Positions 15,963 through 25,797 are shown, counted from the first letter of the stretch. The stretch is 28,093 bases of DNA from Candidatus Nealsonbacteria bacterium (GCA_043819385.1 JBDREW010000015.1:1-28093), one strand, 5' to 3'. A program made the numbers and translations. Notes: generated by a model from the sequence alone, not told the origin.

Positions 15963-17093
15963 ATGAAACTCGAAATACTACAAGAAAAATTAAAAAATGG
16001 ATTAAGTATTGTTGAAAAGATTTCTTCTAAATCTTTATCATTGCCTATTTTAAATAATATATTAATTTCTACTGAAAAGAATTTTTTGAATTTATCTGCT
16101 ACTGATTTAGAAATAGGTATTAATTGGTGGACATTAACTAAAATTGAAGAACAAGGGAAAATTACAATTCCTGCACGTTTGTTTTCTAGTTTTATTAGTT
16201 TACTTCCTAATCAAAAAATTAATATTTATTCAAAAGATAATAATCTTTTTATTGGATATGAAAAATATAAAACAGAAATAAAAGGATTATCTGCTGATGA
16301 ATTTCCTATTATTCCTAAAATTGAACAAGGCGAATTTATTATATTAGATTGTAATTCTCTTTGTCAAAGTTTGTCTCAAGTAGTTGATATTTCAGTTCCC
16401 TCTACGACAAGACCTGAAATATCTGGAATATATTTTTTATTTCAAAAAAATCAAATAACTATGGTTTCGACAGATAGTTTTAGATTAGGAGAAAAAAAGA
16501 TATTTTTAAAAGAAAACTCTAATTCAAAACAAGATTATTCTTTAATTATTCCTCAAAGAGCTATTAAAGAAATTATTAATATCTTTGGAGAGAAAAAAGG
16601 TAATTTAAAAATTTATTTTTCTCCAAATCAAGTAATGTTTGAACTTTTGATGGAAGAAACAGATCATCCTCAAATACAACTTATTTCTCGTTTGATTGAA
16701 GGAGAATATCCTAATTATAAAGAAATTATTCCTCCTAAACATACAACTCAAATTATTTTAGAAAGAAATGAACTTCTTAATCAAATTAAAACAGCTAGTT
16801 TATTTGGAGGAAAAATAAATGAAGTAAAATTAAAATCTGATCTTAAAAAAGGAGAATTAGAAATTTTTAGTCAAAGTTCTGATATTGGAAAACATGAATC
16901 AACTATTAAAGCTAAAATAGAAGGAGAAGAAGTTGAAGTTGCTTTTAATCATAGATTTTTATTAGATGGATTAATGAATATTAGAAGCGCTGAAATTATT
17001 TTAGAGCTTAATGGTGATTCAGGCCCAGGATTGTTAAAACCAGTAGGGGATGAAACATATTTGTATGTTGTTATGCCCATTAAAAATACATAA
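15963..17093 (+). CDS. dnaN: DNA polymerase III beta sliding clamp
   Basis: 376 aa. Position after dnaA and three-domain clamp-like sequence. Confidence 0.9.
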   Translation: MKLEILQEKLKNGLSIVEKISSKSLSLPILNNILISTEKNFLNLSATDLEIGINWWTLTKIEEQGKITIPARLFSSFISLLPNQKINIYSKDNNLFIGYEKYKTEIKGLSADEFPIIPKIEQGEFIILDCNSLCQSLSQVVDISVPSTTRPEISGIYFLFQKNQITMVSTDSFRLGEKKIFLKENSNSKQDYSLIIPQRAIKEIINIFGEKKGNLKIYFSPNQVMFELLMEETDHPQIQLISRLIEGEYPNYKEIIPPKHTTQIILERNELLNQIKTASLFGGKINEVKLKSDLKKGELEIFSQSSDIGKHESTIKAKIEGEEVEVAFNHRFLLDGLMNIRSAEIILELNGDSGPGLLKPVGDETYLYVVMPIKNT

Positions 17094-17095
17094 CT

Positions 17096-17119
17096 CATAA
17101 CTTGGAACTTGGAACTTAA
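17096..17119 (+). repeat. heptamer module (CTCATAA)1(CTTGGAA)2CTT starting at dnaN stop codon
   Basis: taa-ctcataa-cttggaa-cttggaa-ctt. CTTGGAA is the reverse complement of the TTCCAAG unit of the 16-copy array. Confidence 0.7.
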
Positions 17120-17145
17120 AAAATCCAGCGAAAGCTGGGTTTTTA
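17118..17145 (+). terminator. rho-independent terminator (aaaaaatccagcgaaagctgggttttt)
   Basis: Same hairpin family as 11888-11915. Follows dnaN. Confidence 0.7.
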
Positions 17146-17156
17146 AGATAAAATCA

Positions 17157-17186
17157 TTGACATTTTTAGATATTGTGTGGTATAAT
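17157..17186 (+). promoter_or_regulatory. sigma70-like promoter TTGACA-18 bp-TGgTATAAT (extended -10)
   Basis: TTGACA at 17157-17162. TATAAT at 17181-17186 is preceded by TGG. Confidence 0.6.
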
Positions 17187-17285
17187 ATAAGCAGAAAATA
17201 TCAAGGAAATTGTTTTCTTGATTAACTTAAACAGGTCTTAAATAGGCCTAAACAGAACCTTTATAATTTGGAAAGGTGTGAGACA

Positions 17286-18485
17286 ATGCCAGAAAATGAA
17301 AACACAAATGTAGAGAGCCAAGAATCAGGAGACGATCGTTGGTTGATTATGTTAATTTCCTTTGTTTTGGAAATTGGTTTAGTCACAGTTCTTTTCTATC
17401 TCATTTTCCCAATTACTTTTTTGGGAGGGATAGTTGGAATAATTGTTGCTTTCGGAGTTGTGCCAGTTTTAATTGTTTATTTCTGGTGGGCTCCCAACAA
17501 TCTTTGCTTCACTTTTGTTAATGAAGGAACAGTAAAAGTTGTTGTGCTTGGAGGTAAAGTTACAAACATTTTAATTCAAAAAGAGGAATATACCCTTGAT
17601 AATGATTGGAATGTTATTCCTGAGGATTCAGACCACAGAGAACTTTGGCATCCTTTGGGAGGGTTAAGATTTTATGGCGTTTGGCCATTATGTGATATTC
17701 ATCTCTATGATTTTTCATGGACAGCTATGTTGCAGAACGGTGAAATTAAGCCCCATGTAGATGAAACACTTGATTATGCACTTTTGATGGATGATGTTTA
17801 CTGGTTTGAAGTTCTAAAAGCAGAAGACAAAAATCGCTTGCCATTGAATTTGCAGGTCTTAGTTACAATGAGAATAGTCAACCCCTATAAGGCATTATTT
17901 GCTGTTCAGGATTGGTTAGAAGCAGTGATAGGTAGAATTCAGCCAGTTGTTCGTGACCGAATTACTCAGGCGACATATGAAGAGCTTACGATTAATCCTG
18001 AAGCGGTTGGGCATGCTATTTTTCATGGTCCTGGAGATCATTTTGATATTTTTAGAGACAGATATGGAGTGGATGTTGTAGCTTTAGAAATAAAAGAAAT
18101 TGATCCTCCTGATGATTTGCGCGAGATTACTCTTAGAGAGGTTACAGCGACAAGAGAAGCAGAAGCTACTATTGTTGCAGCAGAAGCAGGGGCAAAAGTT
18201 GTTGTTATTACAGCAAAAGCTAAAGCTGAAGAAGTTAGGATTGGAGCTGAAGCTGAAGCAAGAGCAGTAGAGATAGCAGCTACTGCAGAAGCAGGAAGAT
18301 TAGAAAAAGTCTATGGGGCAATTGATAAACAGGGTGAATTAGGAAAGTTGGCTCGAATACTGGAAGCATTGGAAGCATCTCCGGAAAATGGATCAAAATG
18401 GGTGGTTCCAATACCTGGAATACTTGACGGCTTGAGCCAGATTTTTTCTGGCAAGCAATCACCGCCGTTTGATCCACCGAAGTAA
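17286..18485 (+). CDS. SPFH/band-7 (stomatin/prohibitin/HflC-like) membrane protein
   Basis: Two N-terminal TM helices, an SPFH core and an Ala/Glu-rich coiled coil (TATREAEATIVAAEAGAKVVVITAKAKAEEVRIGAEAEARA). ATG at 17286 with an AAAGGTG Shine-Dalgarno; the track start at 17268 is TTG. The gene is visibly GC-richer than its neighbours. Confidence 0.8.
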   Translation: MPENENTNVESQESGDDRWLIMLISFVLEIGLVTVLFYLIFPITFLGGIVGIIVAFGVVPVLIVYFWWAPNNLCFTFVNEGTVKVVVLGGKVTNILIQKEEYTLDNDWNVIPEDSDHRELWHPLGGLRFYGVWPLCDIHLYDFSWTAMLQNGEIKPHVDETLDYALLMDDVYWFEVLKAEDKNRLPLNLQVLVTMRIVNPYKALFAVQDWLEAVIGRIQPVVRDRITQATYEELTINPEAVGHAIFHGPGDHFDIFRDRYGVDVVALEIKEIDPPDDLREITLREVTATREAEATIVAAEAGAKVVVITAKAKAEEVRIGAEAEARAVEIAATAEAGRLEKVYGAIDKQGELGKLARILEALEASPENGSKWVVPIPGILDGLSQIFSGKQSPPFDPPK

Positions 18486-18514
18486 AACCTAAAAGTTCTT
18501 AGATAGGAACTTAA

Positions 18515-18542
18515 AAGGGAAGTCGATGACTTCCCTTTTTTC
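18515..18542. terminator. bidirectional terminator (aagggaagtc-gatg-acttccctttttt)
   Basis: 10-bp stem plus T-run. Follows the SPFH gene. Confidence 0.7.
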
Positions 18543-18557
18543 ATTTCCAATTTTAAA

Positions 18558-18581
18558 AGAGAATATTAATATTCTCTTTTT
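18558..18581. terminator. perfect palindrome hairpin agagaatattaatattctct + T-run; likely terminator for the convergent minus-strand gene and back-up for plus
   Basis: 20-bp perfect palindrome with flanking T/A runs. Confidence 0.5.
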
Positions 18582-18589
18582 AAATGCTT

Positions 18590-18624
18590 AATACATAATA
18601 CTAAATACTAAATACTAAATACTT
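18590..18624. repeat. (AATACTA)~5 heptamer tandem repeat abutting the stop of the VirB6-like gene
   Basis: aatacat aatacta aatacta aatacta aatactt. Confidence 0.7.
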
Positions 18625-20977
18625 ATTTCTTTCCCTTAGGTGGTCGTTTATATCCTCCTGGACCTGTTGTACCTTTTGGTTTTTTTCCTGATCCCGAACC
18701 AATCCCCATCCCAAAAGGATGTTTCTTTTTTGAAGGAGGCGTTGTTCCAGCTCCAGCACCAGGAGTATATTGAGATCCGCCACCCGGAGGAGTTGATTTA
18801 CTACTGTCTGAAACTAAACTTGCTAAATATTGTGGAGCTTTCCAATCATTACCCCACATTTTTGGATCAGATAATCCTTTAAAGTATCCTGCTTTGCCAT
18901 ATTCTTTTTCTAAATATTTTACATATTCTCTTACAGCATCATCCATTCCTGTTTCTTTATCCATACTTGCATCTCCCTCTTGATGTTCTCCTATTTTATT
19001 CATAAGATCTTTATTTTTATTTAGAAATTCAGAATATGCTTTGTTCATTCCTTCCATAGATGCTTTTTGTCCTTGTTTAACTGTTCTATGTATTTGTATC
19101 CATCTATCTTTATCAAATTCAGCCATAGCAGGCTCTATAATATTTATATTTTTTAATGTTCCGGGTTCCATTTTGGCAATATGTTGTCCTCTTGATTCTT
19201 CTAATGCTTTTTGTATTGATTGTTTAGGAGATAAGGTCTTATATCCTGGTATATTTTGACCTGCTGCAATAGCAGCTAATCGAGGATCAGATCTTAAAAA
19301 AGAGCTTAAAAAACCTGATTTGAATAATGATTGAAATGGGCTTTCCATTATCTTTTTAAATTCTTTATCTTCCATAAGATCATTATCTGTAACATCTTTA
19401 ACATTTTTACCTAATCTTTCGGCAATTCCCTTGCCAAAATATTTTTTACCATCTTTAAATATATCATCAGCATCTCCTACATCAATAGTCTGTTTTAATC
19501 TTCCAGCAGCTTCTTTTCCTATTACTTTTTTAGTAAATACATCTGTTAAATTTGTTGGAGTAGAATATTTTTTTGCTTCTTCTTGAGATTTTAATACATC
19601 AGGACGAATTTCTCCATAATCTTTAATTTTTTGAGGAAAAAACCATCTAGCAATAGGTATTTTTTCTGTAACTGTTTTGCTTGCCCATCCAGCTAAATCT
19701 TTTATTTTTGTTTGTTCCTCGATCCATGGTTTAGCTCCTCCCCATACTTTTTTACCCATCCATCCCATTGCTCTTTTAGGGGCCTTATATCCCAACCATC
19801 CCATTGCTTTTTGAGGAGCCCTAGCTCCGATTGTGGTTAAGGCGCCTGCTCCCATAGCTGATGTTTGAAGTCCAAAAAGTAATCCAATAAAAAGAAAAGC
19901 AACTGGAACAACAAATATAAATATACTTGCGCCTGTACTTAAATTTGCAACAGAATATCCAAGTTTGTCTGTTTGACTTGCTAATGTTTCTCCTAAATAA
20001 AGAAAAAACATACAAGTAACTCCAATTAAAGACCATTGAATCATCTGGTTCCACCATATATTAAAATATTTTTGAGTGGCTGGTAAAATATACGAAACAA
20101 AAGCAAGTGGAGATAAAATAACTAAAATCCAAATAGCAATATATCTTACTGCAAAAATTAAAGCAAATAAAAGATAAACAATGGCCATTATAAAATTAAT
20201 TATGGCAAGGGCTGTTATTTTTCCTACTTTTTCCATTAATCCAGCTCTTGTTGAATCTCTTGTTCCAGCAGAGCTTGTAGCTTCCCACAGACCTGCTGCT
20301 TCTTTGTCAAAAGAATCCTTAGCTTTTGATACTAAGTTTGCACCAACGCTTGTTTCTCCATTGTCTCCTGCCAAAGCATTAAGAAAAAAATTCATAGAGA
20401 TATTTCCTGCATCAACAATTAATCCACAAATAACAGGAGCAAAGTTTACCAATAGAGCTATGATAATAAAAGTTACTAATATTTTTCTATCTTGATATTT
20501 ATCTAATCTTAAAATAGTTGCCAAAGCAATCCAAACAAGAACAAGAACAAGAGTCATATTAACAAATCCTTGAGTAACACTTAATCCAGTTGCAATTATT
20601 GGATTATCAGCAGGATTAGTGTAGCTAATATTAATAAAATTATCGCTTAATACCCATCTGGCAAGAGAGGAAGTGAGAGTAGCAAAAGTAAGGGTGACCA
20701 TTCCTATTGCCCACGGAACTGCTCCTATTAATGTTGAAACAATAGATTCTGGCAAGGACCACAAAGTATCCATCCATCCAGGTTCAGATTCTGCGCTTGT
20801 TGACGGTGTTATAGTAGGGTTATCTATATCAAAGTCCCATGGAGTTTGAGCTTGTACTGGAGATAATTGGTAAAAAAATAAATTAGCAAAAAGAAATAAA
20901 AATAAAAAACAAAAAAGCTTTTTTTTGTTTTTCAACAAAAGAGAAAAATCAAAGATTTTTAACAATTTTTTAATCAT
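18623..20977 (-). CDS. VirB6/TrbL-like polytopic membrane protein with Gly/Pro/Lys-rich C-terminal tail
   Basis: 784 aa with a signal peptide and at least 6 TM helices in the N-terminal 400 aa. The C-terminal half is hydrophilic, with a low-complexity PPGGGSQYTPGAGAG...KKPKG tail. Size and topology resemble Tn916 Orf15/TrbL. No sequence-level motif confirmed. Confidence 0.55.
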   Translation of the reverse strand: MIKKLLKIFDFSLLLKNKKKLFCFLFLFLFANLFFYQLSPVQAQTPWDFDIDNPTITPSTSAESEPGWMDTLWSLPESIVSTLIGAVPWAIGMVTLTFATLTSSLARWVLSDNFINISYTNPADNPIIATGLSVTQGFVNMTLVLVLVWIALATILRLDKYQDRKILVTFIIIALLVNFAPVICGLIVDAGNISMNFFLNALAGDNGETSVGANLVSKAKDSFDKEAAGLWEATSSAGTRDSTRAGLMEKVGKITALAIINFIMAIVYLLFALIFAVRYIAIWILVILSPLAFVSYILPATQKYFNIWWNQMIQWSLIGVTCMFFLYLGETLASQTDKLGYSVANLSTGASIFIFVVPVAFLFIGLLFGLQTSAMGAGALTTIGARAPQKAMGWLGYKAPKRAMGWMGKKVWGGAKPWIEEQTKIKDLAGWASKTVTEKIPIARWFFPQKIKDYGEIRPDVLKSQEEAKKYSTPTNLTDVFTKKVIGKEAAGRLKQTIDVGDADDIFKDGKKYFGKGIAERLGKNVKDVTDNDLMEDKEFKKIMESPFQSLFKSGFLSSFLRSDPRLAAIAAGQNIPGYKTLSPKQSIQKALEESRGQHIAKMEPGTLKNINIIEPAMAEFDKDRWIQIHRTVKQGQKASMEGMNKAYSEFLNKNKDLMNKIGEHQEGDASMDKETGMDDAVREYVKYLEKEYGKAGYFKGLSDPKMWGNDWKAPQYLASLVSDSSKSTPPGGGSQYTPGAGAGTTPPSKKKHPFGMGIGSGSGKKPKGTTGPGGYKRPPKGKK

Positions 20978-21237
20978 TAATATATTCTACCAAAAAATAA
21001 GTTATTAACATATGTGGAAAACAATTAAAAATTATATTTTTAATTGTTTTCTAATTTTGAATTATTAATTTTGAATTTTGAATAAATTTTTAATGACTTA
21101 ATTTTGAATTCCCGAGACCCGATCTCTATTATTAAAACTCATAATTTAGAACTTATAACTTTTTAAAATCTGACTTTTTTTATCTTTCCTTTCTTTCTAT
21201 TTTGATTTTTGATTTTTCTATTTTTCTTCCTTTCCTT

Positions 21238-21310
21238 CCCCCCGAGACCCGACCTCTAAAAAACTTCCTCTCCCTCTCGAAGAGAGGTCGGGTCTCTACC
21301 AACTTTCCCT
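21238..21310 (-). repeat. dispersed structured repeat, inverted copy (reverse complement: ggtagagacccgacctctcttcgagagggagaggaagttttttagaggtcgggtctcgggg); 17-bp fragment also at 21111-21127
   Basis: Matches 6236-6300 over ~55 bp in reverse orientation. Confidence 0.8.
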
Positions 21311-21325
21311 TTTTTATCTTTTATT

Positions 21326-22162
21326 TTAGTTTGTTTCTAAACTATGAGATAATCCAATCCAATCTTCAATAGTGAGTGTTTCAGCTCTTTGTTTTGGATT
21401 AATATTATTTTTTAAAAGTATTTTCTCAATTTTTTCTTTATCTATTTGTAAATTTTTAGATAAATTATTGATAAGTTGTTTTCTTGGTTGGGAAAATCCT
21501 GCTTTAATTATTTTAAAAAATAATTTTTTTTCAATTAAACTTTTATAATTATCAATAGGAGTAAGTTTAATAATTGAACTTTCAACTTTTGGTCTTGGAT
21601 AAAATGAATTACTTGGGATGCGAGATATAATTTCTGGTTTGCTAAAAAATTGAATTGAAATAGCTAATATATTTGATTTTGGAGGTTTAGCGCAAATTCT
21701 TTGAGCAACTTCTTTTTGAATAATAAAAATTAATTCTTTTGGAGGAATTTGGAGTTCTAAAAAATTTCTAATTACAGGGCTGGTGATATAAAAAGGTAGA
21801 TTGCCTACAATCTTAGAACTTTGAACTTGAAACTTGGTACTTGAAAGATTTAATTTGAGAATATCGTTGTTAATTATTTCAAGATTTTTAAAATCTTTTA
21901 GATTATCTTTTAAGATTTCACTTATTTTTTGATCTTTCTCAACAGCAACCACTTGTTTAGCTTTTTTGCACAATTCCTGAGTAATGGTTCCAATACCAGA
22001 TCCAACTTCTAAAATAGTGTCATTTGATTGGATATCAATTGTTTTGATAAATTTTTTAAGAATTATTTCATCAATTAAAAAATTTTGACCCAATCCTTTG
22101 GATAATTTAATTTTATTTTTTTCTAATAATTCTTTTATATCTTTTTTAGAAAGTAAATTCAT
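21326..22162 (-). CDS. rsmA: 16S rRNA (adenine1518/1519-N6)-dimethyltransferase KsgA/RsmA
   Basis: LGQNFL, VLEVGSGIGTIT SAM motif, NLPFYITSP. Confidence 0.9.
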   Translation of the reverse strand: MNLLSKKDIKELLEKNKIKLSKGLGQNFLIDEIILKKFIKTIDIQSNDTILEVGSGIGTITQELCKKAKQVVAVEKDQKISEILKDNLKDFKNLEIINNDILKLNLSSTKFQVQSSKIVGNLPFYITSPVIRNFLELQIPPKELIFIIQKEVAQRICAKPPKSNILAISIQFFSKPEIISRIPSNSFYPRPKVESSIIKLTPIDNYKSLIEKKLFFKIIKAGFSQPRKQLINNLSKNLQIDKEKIEKILLKNNINPKQRAETLTIEDWIGLSHSLETN

Positions 22163-22227
22163 TAATCTATTTTAACATAAATTAAAAAATATAAATTTTA
22201 ATTTATGTCAGTTGGGGAAAAAAGGTA

Positions 22228-22261
22228 TTGACATTTTTGCAGGTAAATATATGATTATAAA
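22228..22261 (+). promoter_or_regulatory. possible promoter (TTGACA at 22228-22233; ambiguous -10) upstream of LysM-M23 gene
   Basis: Perfect -35 hexamer. No cleanly spaced TATAAT. Confidence 0.3.
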
Positions 22262-22353
22262 ATGGACTAAAAATAAATTAGATATTTTTTCTTTATAATT
22301 TTTAGATATTAATTATTATACAGGGATTTCTAATAAGTTTTTCATTCTTATTA

Positions 22354-23463
22354 ATGTCGTATACAAACTCAAACCAAAAAGAGATTGAATCCGATAAACA
22401 GATACTGAAACAAAAAAAGAGCTCTAAAGGAGCTAAAAAGTTTTTTGGTATATCTTTAGTTATTATTATTTTAGGAGTTATAATTTTTGGAGCAAAACCT
22501 CTTTTAAATTCCCTTGTTAATAGGGATTTTTCTTTTTTAACAGCTCAATCAGCTGATAAGATTTTTTCTCAAGAATTATTTATTGAACCAACAAAGAATT
22601 TTCTTAAAGAATCATCTGAAATGAATTTTGTTCAAGAAAATAGTATAATAGCTATTTCTGCCCCTTGGTCAGTTGCTTCTCGGGCTTTGGGGTCAATAGC
22701 AGAAGAAACAGAAATAACAGCTGAGGGATTAGATACAGGGCTTACAGAGTATATTGTAGAAGAGGGAGATACTATATCATCTATTGCTGATAAATTTAAT
22801 ATTTCTTTAGAAACAATTTTGTGGGCAAATGATTTAAGTAGCAAATCAACAATAAAGCCAGGGCAAGAACTTATGATTTTACCTATTTCAGGAGCTGTTC
22901 ATTTGGTAAAAGATGGAGACACTATTGGGACGATTGCTAAAAAGTATAAAGGAGAAATAGATGATATTGTTAGTTTTAATAATCTTACAAGTGAAGCAGA
23001 TATTTATGTTGGAGATATGTTAGTTATCCCTGGTGGAAAAATGCCAGCAATTCCAGTAAAAGTTGTTTCTACTCCTTTGGCTGAAACATATTTTATGTTC
23101 CCATGTGAAGGAAAAATATCACAAGGATCTCATGGAGCTTTTGGAAATGCTGTTGATATCGCAAATAGCTGTGGAAAGCCAGTAGTAGCTTCTGCTGGTG
23201 GAACAGTCCAAAGAACAGGGCCTGCTCCTATTGCTGGAAACATTGTAACTATTATGCATCCTAATGGAGTTGTAAGCTCTTATGGTCATCTTTCAACAAT
23301 TACTGTTGTTCCTGGTCAAGTAGTTGGAACAGGAGATATTATTGCTTATATTGGAAATTCTGGATATACAGTTGGACAAACTGGTTGTCATTTACATTTT
23401 GAAGTTCGTGGTGCTTCAAACTTTTTGGCTCAGTATAAAATTGGAAGCATTATTAAATGGTAA
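22354..23463 (+). CDS. LysM(x2)-M23 family metallo-endopeptidase
   Basis: An N-terminal TM helix, two LysM repeats (YIVEEGDTISSIADKFNIS..., HLVKDGDTIGTIAKKYKGE...) and an M23 core HGAFGNAVDI...GHLS...GNSGYTVGQTGCHLHFEVR. Confidence 0.85.
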   Translation: MSYTNSNQKEIESDKQILKQKKSSKGAKKFFGISLVIIILGVIIFGAKPLLNSLVNRDFSFLTAQSADKIFSQELFIEPTKNFLKESSEMNFVQENSIIAISAPWSVASRALGSIAEETEITAEGLDTGLTEYIVEEGDTISSIADKFNISLETILWANDLSSKSTIKPGQELMILPISGAVHLVKDGDTIGTIAKKYKGEIDDIVSFNNLTSEADIYVGDMLVIPGGKMPAIPVKVVSTPLAETYFMFPCEGKISQGSHGAFGNAVDIANSCGKPVVASAGGTVQRTGPAPIAGNIVTIMHPNGVVSSYGHLSTITVVPGQVVGTGDIIAYIGNSGYTVGQTGCHLHFEVRGASNFLAQYKIGSIIKW

Positions 23464-23579
23464 TTTTATAATTTTTAATTTTGAATTTCGAATGAATTTT
23501 TAATGAAATAATTTTCAAACGAAGAACCCTTGCAGGTTTTTTTATTTTTTGTTAAAATTAAAATATAATAAACAATATT

Positions 23580-23750
23580 ATGACTGAAGAAAAAAAACAA
23601 AAAATTGAAGAAGAAATAAAAGAACTTCGCGAGTTAGCAGGTCAAATTAAAGAATATACTCATCAAGAAAGAAGAGATGGTTTTTATTTGGATGTAGATT
23701 TTTATAAAGATTATGGACAAGATAAAACTGAAAGAGATATTAGAAAATAA
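23580..23750 (+). CDS. small hypothetical protein (56 aa, MTEEKKQKIEEEIKELRELAGQIKEYTHQERRDGFYLDVDFYKDYGQDKTERDIRK)
   Basis: Manual translation. It is preceded by a TATAAT-like box at ~23563 and is under the ORF-track length cut-off. Confidence 0.3.
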   Translation: MTEEKKQKIEEEIKELRELAGQIKEYTHQERRDGFYLDVDFYKDYGQDKTERDIRK

Positions 23751-23907
23751 GCATTTAATATTAGATACTAATATTTTGATTTGTTGGTATGAGTATTTTA
23801 ATAAATGCGAAGAGTTAATAAGATTTTTAAAAGAAATAAATTGTACTTTTATTATTTCTCCTCAAATTAGTTTTTCTATTTATTTCATTTTAAATTTAAT
23901 TTTGTGA
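23713..23907 (+). pseudogene. PIN-domain-like N-terminal remnant (KHLILDTNILI...), truncated at 64 aa
   Basis: The LILDTNILI motif resembles the first acidic-residue motif of PIN nucleases. The ORF is about half the normal PIN length and overlaps the upstream small ORF by 38 nt. Confidence 0.25.
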
Positions 23908-24170
23908 ATTTCTTCTAAAAACTCTAATACGGCTTTAACTGAAGGATTTTTAGTATTTTTTAATACTAAATTATTACCGAATCGTTTGTATAAAGGACTT
24001 AAAAATTCATCTCCCCAAGAAGGCGAAAAAGTTAAAACTCCCTTAAAATCAATTTCAACGAGTTCTTTGCTTTTAGTATTTTTTAATGCTGGCTGAAAAG
24101 CTAAAAACGCCTCTTTGCCAGATTGACGAGATATTAATGTTGTGCCAAATTTTTTTAATTCTATAATCAT
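23880..24170 (-). CDS. STAS-like small protein (DUF4325-like)
   Basis: 96 aa. IDFKGVLTFSPSWGDEFLSPLYKRFG resembles STAS-like DUF4325 proteins from memory. Confidence 0.45.
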   Translation of the reverse strand: MIIELKKFGTTLISRQSGKEAFLAFQPALKNTKSKELVEIDFKGVLTFSPSWGDEFLSPLYKRFGNNLVLKNTKNPSVKAVLEFLEEIHKIKFKMK

Positions 24171-24243
24171 ATTTTTAATAAGTTATTAAAACAAGACAAC
24201 TTTGAATATTTTTATTAGTAGTTTTAATATTACGAATTACAGA

Positions 24244-25797
24244 TTACTCATTATTTTTGATTCTGTACATTAAGGCCTCTGTGAGATGTTGAAATTCAAT
24301 ATTTTCTGATTCGTTTAAATCAGCAATAGTTCTGGCTACTTTTAAAACTCTGTGATATCCGCGTGCAGAAAGTTTTCCAGAATTAACAAATTGTTTTAAA
24401 ATATTTTGCGATTTTGAAGAAATTTGGCAATATTTTTTAATTTGAGGAATTTCCATTTCAGAATTAGTAAACATACCGCCACCTATTTCAAGAGAAAATC
24501 TTTGTTTTTGAATACTTCTCGCAATTTCTATTTTTTCTTTAATTTTCTCACTTGAATTTTCTATATCAGGAGCAATTAATTTTTCAAATTTTACTTGAGG
24601 AACTTCAATACAAATATCAATTCTATCAATTAATGGTCCTGATAATTTTCTACTATATTTATTAATTTGAGATGATTGACACTTACATTCTCTTTGAGGA
24701 TCTCTAAAATAGCCACAAGGGCAAGGGTTAGCAGCAGCAACAAGAGTAAATTTTGCTGGAAAAGTTAATCTATTTTTTGCTCTTAAAATAGATATTTGCC
24801 CATCTTCTAACGGTTGGCGAAGAGATTCTAAAACATCTCTGTGAAACTCAGGAAATTCATCTAAAAACAATACACCACGATGGGCTAATGTAATTTCTCC
24901 AGGTCTTGGAGGATTTCCTCCTCCAATTAAAGCTGTTTCAGAAGTTGTATGATGTGGAGCGCGAAATGGCCTTATATTTATCAAGGCCTTTTCTTTTGGT
25001 AATAATCCAGATACGCTATAAATTTTGGTTACTTCAAGTGCCTCTTCAAATGATAGAGCAGGTAAGATAGAAGAAAGGGCTTTGGCAAGTAAGCTTTTAC
25101 CAGAACCAGGAGGTCCTTGCATAAGTAGATTATGTCCACCTCCAGCAACAATTTCTAACGCTCTTTTAGAACTTTCTTGTCCTTTTATTAAGCCAAAATC
25201 AAGAGAATATTTTGGTTTTTCAAGAAAATCTTGAAAATTAACCTTAAATGGTTCTATTTTGATTTTATTCTCTAAATAATCAATTACTTGCTTTAATGTT
25301 TCAACAGCAATTATTTTAGGATTTTTTTCTGTATTTTGAGATGTTATTAAGCTTGCTTCTTGGGCGTTTTCTTTTGGAAGTATTATTTCTTTTATGCCAT
25401 ATTTTTTTGCAGTTAAAACAAGAGAAAGAACTCCTTTAATTGACCTTAATCTACCGTCTAAAGATAATTCTCCCATAAAAACCTTGTCTGTTGGGTCAAA
25501 TCTAATTTGATTAGATGATAATAAATATCCTAATGCAATAGGTAGGTCATAGAGAGAACCCTCTTTTTTTAGGTCAGCTGGGGCTAAATTGATTAAAATT
25601 CTTTGAGATCTAGCATAAGGGGACTGGAATTTAGAACTTTTAATTGCTGAAGCAACTCTTTCTTTTGATTCTTCAACTGTTTTGTCAGGCAATCCAACAA
25701 TACTAAAAGATCGCAAAGCAAAAGAAACATCTGTTTCTACTTCAATAATTTGGGCATCAAGACCAGTTATTGCAACAGAATATAGTTTTGAAGGCAT
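24244..25797 (-). CDS. comM: ComM/YifB Mg-chelatase-like AAA+ ATPase
   Basis: 517 aa. Walker A GPPGSGKS, ChlI-type motifs and the C-terminal Mg_chelatase_C region. Confidence 0.9.
   Translation of the reverse strand: MPSKLYSVAITGLDAQIIEVETDVSFALRSFSIVGLPDKTVEESKERVASAIKSSKFQSPYARSQRILINLAPADLKKEGSLYDLPIALGYLLSSNQIRFDPTDKVFMGELSLDGRLRSIKGVLSLVLTAKKYGIKEIILPKENAQEASLITSQNTEKNPKIIAVETLKQVIDYLENKIKIEPFKVNFQDFLEKPKYSLDFGLIKGQESSKRALEIVAGGGHNLLMQGPPGSGKSLLAKALSSILPALSFEEALEVTKIYSVSGLLPKEKALINIRPFRAPHHTTSETALIGGGNPPRPGEITLAHRGVLFLDEFPEFHRDVLESLRQPLEDGQISILRAKNRLTFPAKFTLVAAANPCPCGYFRDPQRECKCQSSQINKYSRKLSGPLIDRIDICIEVPQVKFEKLIAPDIENSSEKIKEKIEIARSIQKQRFSLEIGGGMFTNSEMEIPQIKKYCQISSKSQNILKQFVNSGKLSARGYHRVLKVARTIADLNESENIEFQHLTEALMYRIKNNE

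Noticed and set aside
17339-17521. 60-aa ORF in alternate frame of SPFH gene
   Set aside because: It is internal to the SPFH CDS in another frame.
18280-20495. Short ORFs overlapping the SPFH 3' end, terminators and the VirB6-like gene (18280-18477, 18311-18550, 18601-18783, 18640-18882, 19041-19259, 19821-20057, 20181-20495)
   Set aside because: All are antisense to or out of frame with long supported CDSs, or span terminator hairpins.
22632-22844. 70-aa minus ORF inside LysM-M23 gene
   Set aside because: It is antisense to a gene with clear LysM and M23 motifs.
23515-23555. Possible terminator after LysM-M23 gene (gaacccttgcaggttttttt)
   Set aside because: The stem is only ~3-5 bp (ccttgcagg). 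The T-run is present but the hairpin is too weak to call.
25025-25234. 69-aa plus ORF inside comM
   Set aside because: It is antisense to the Walker-A region of comM.
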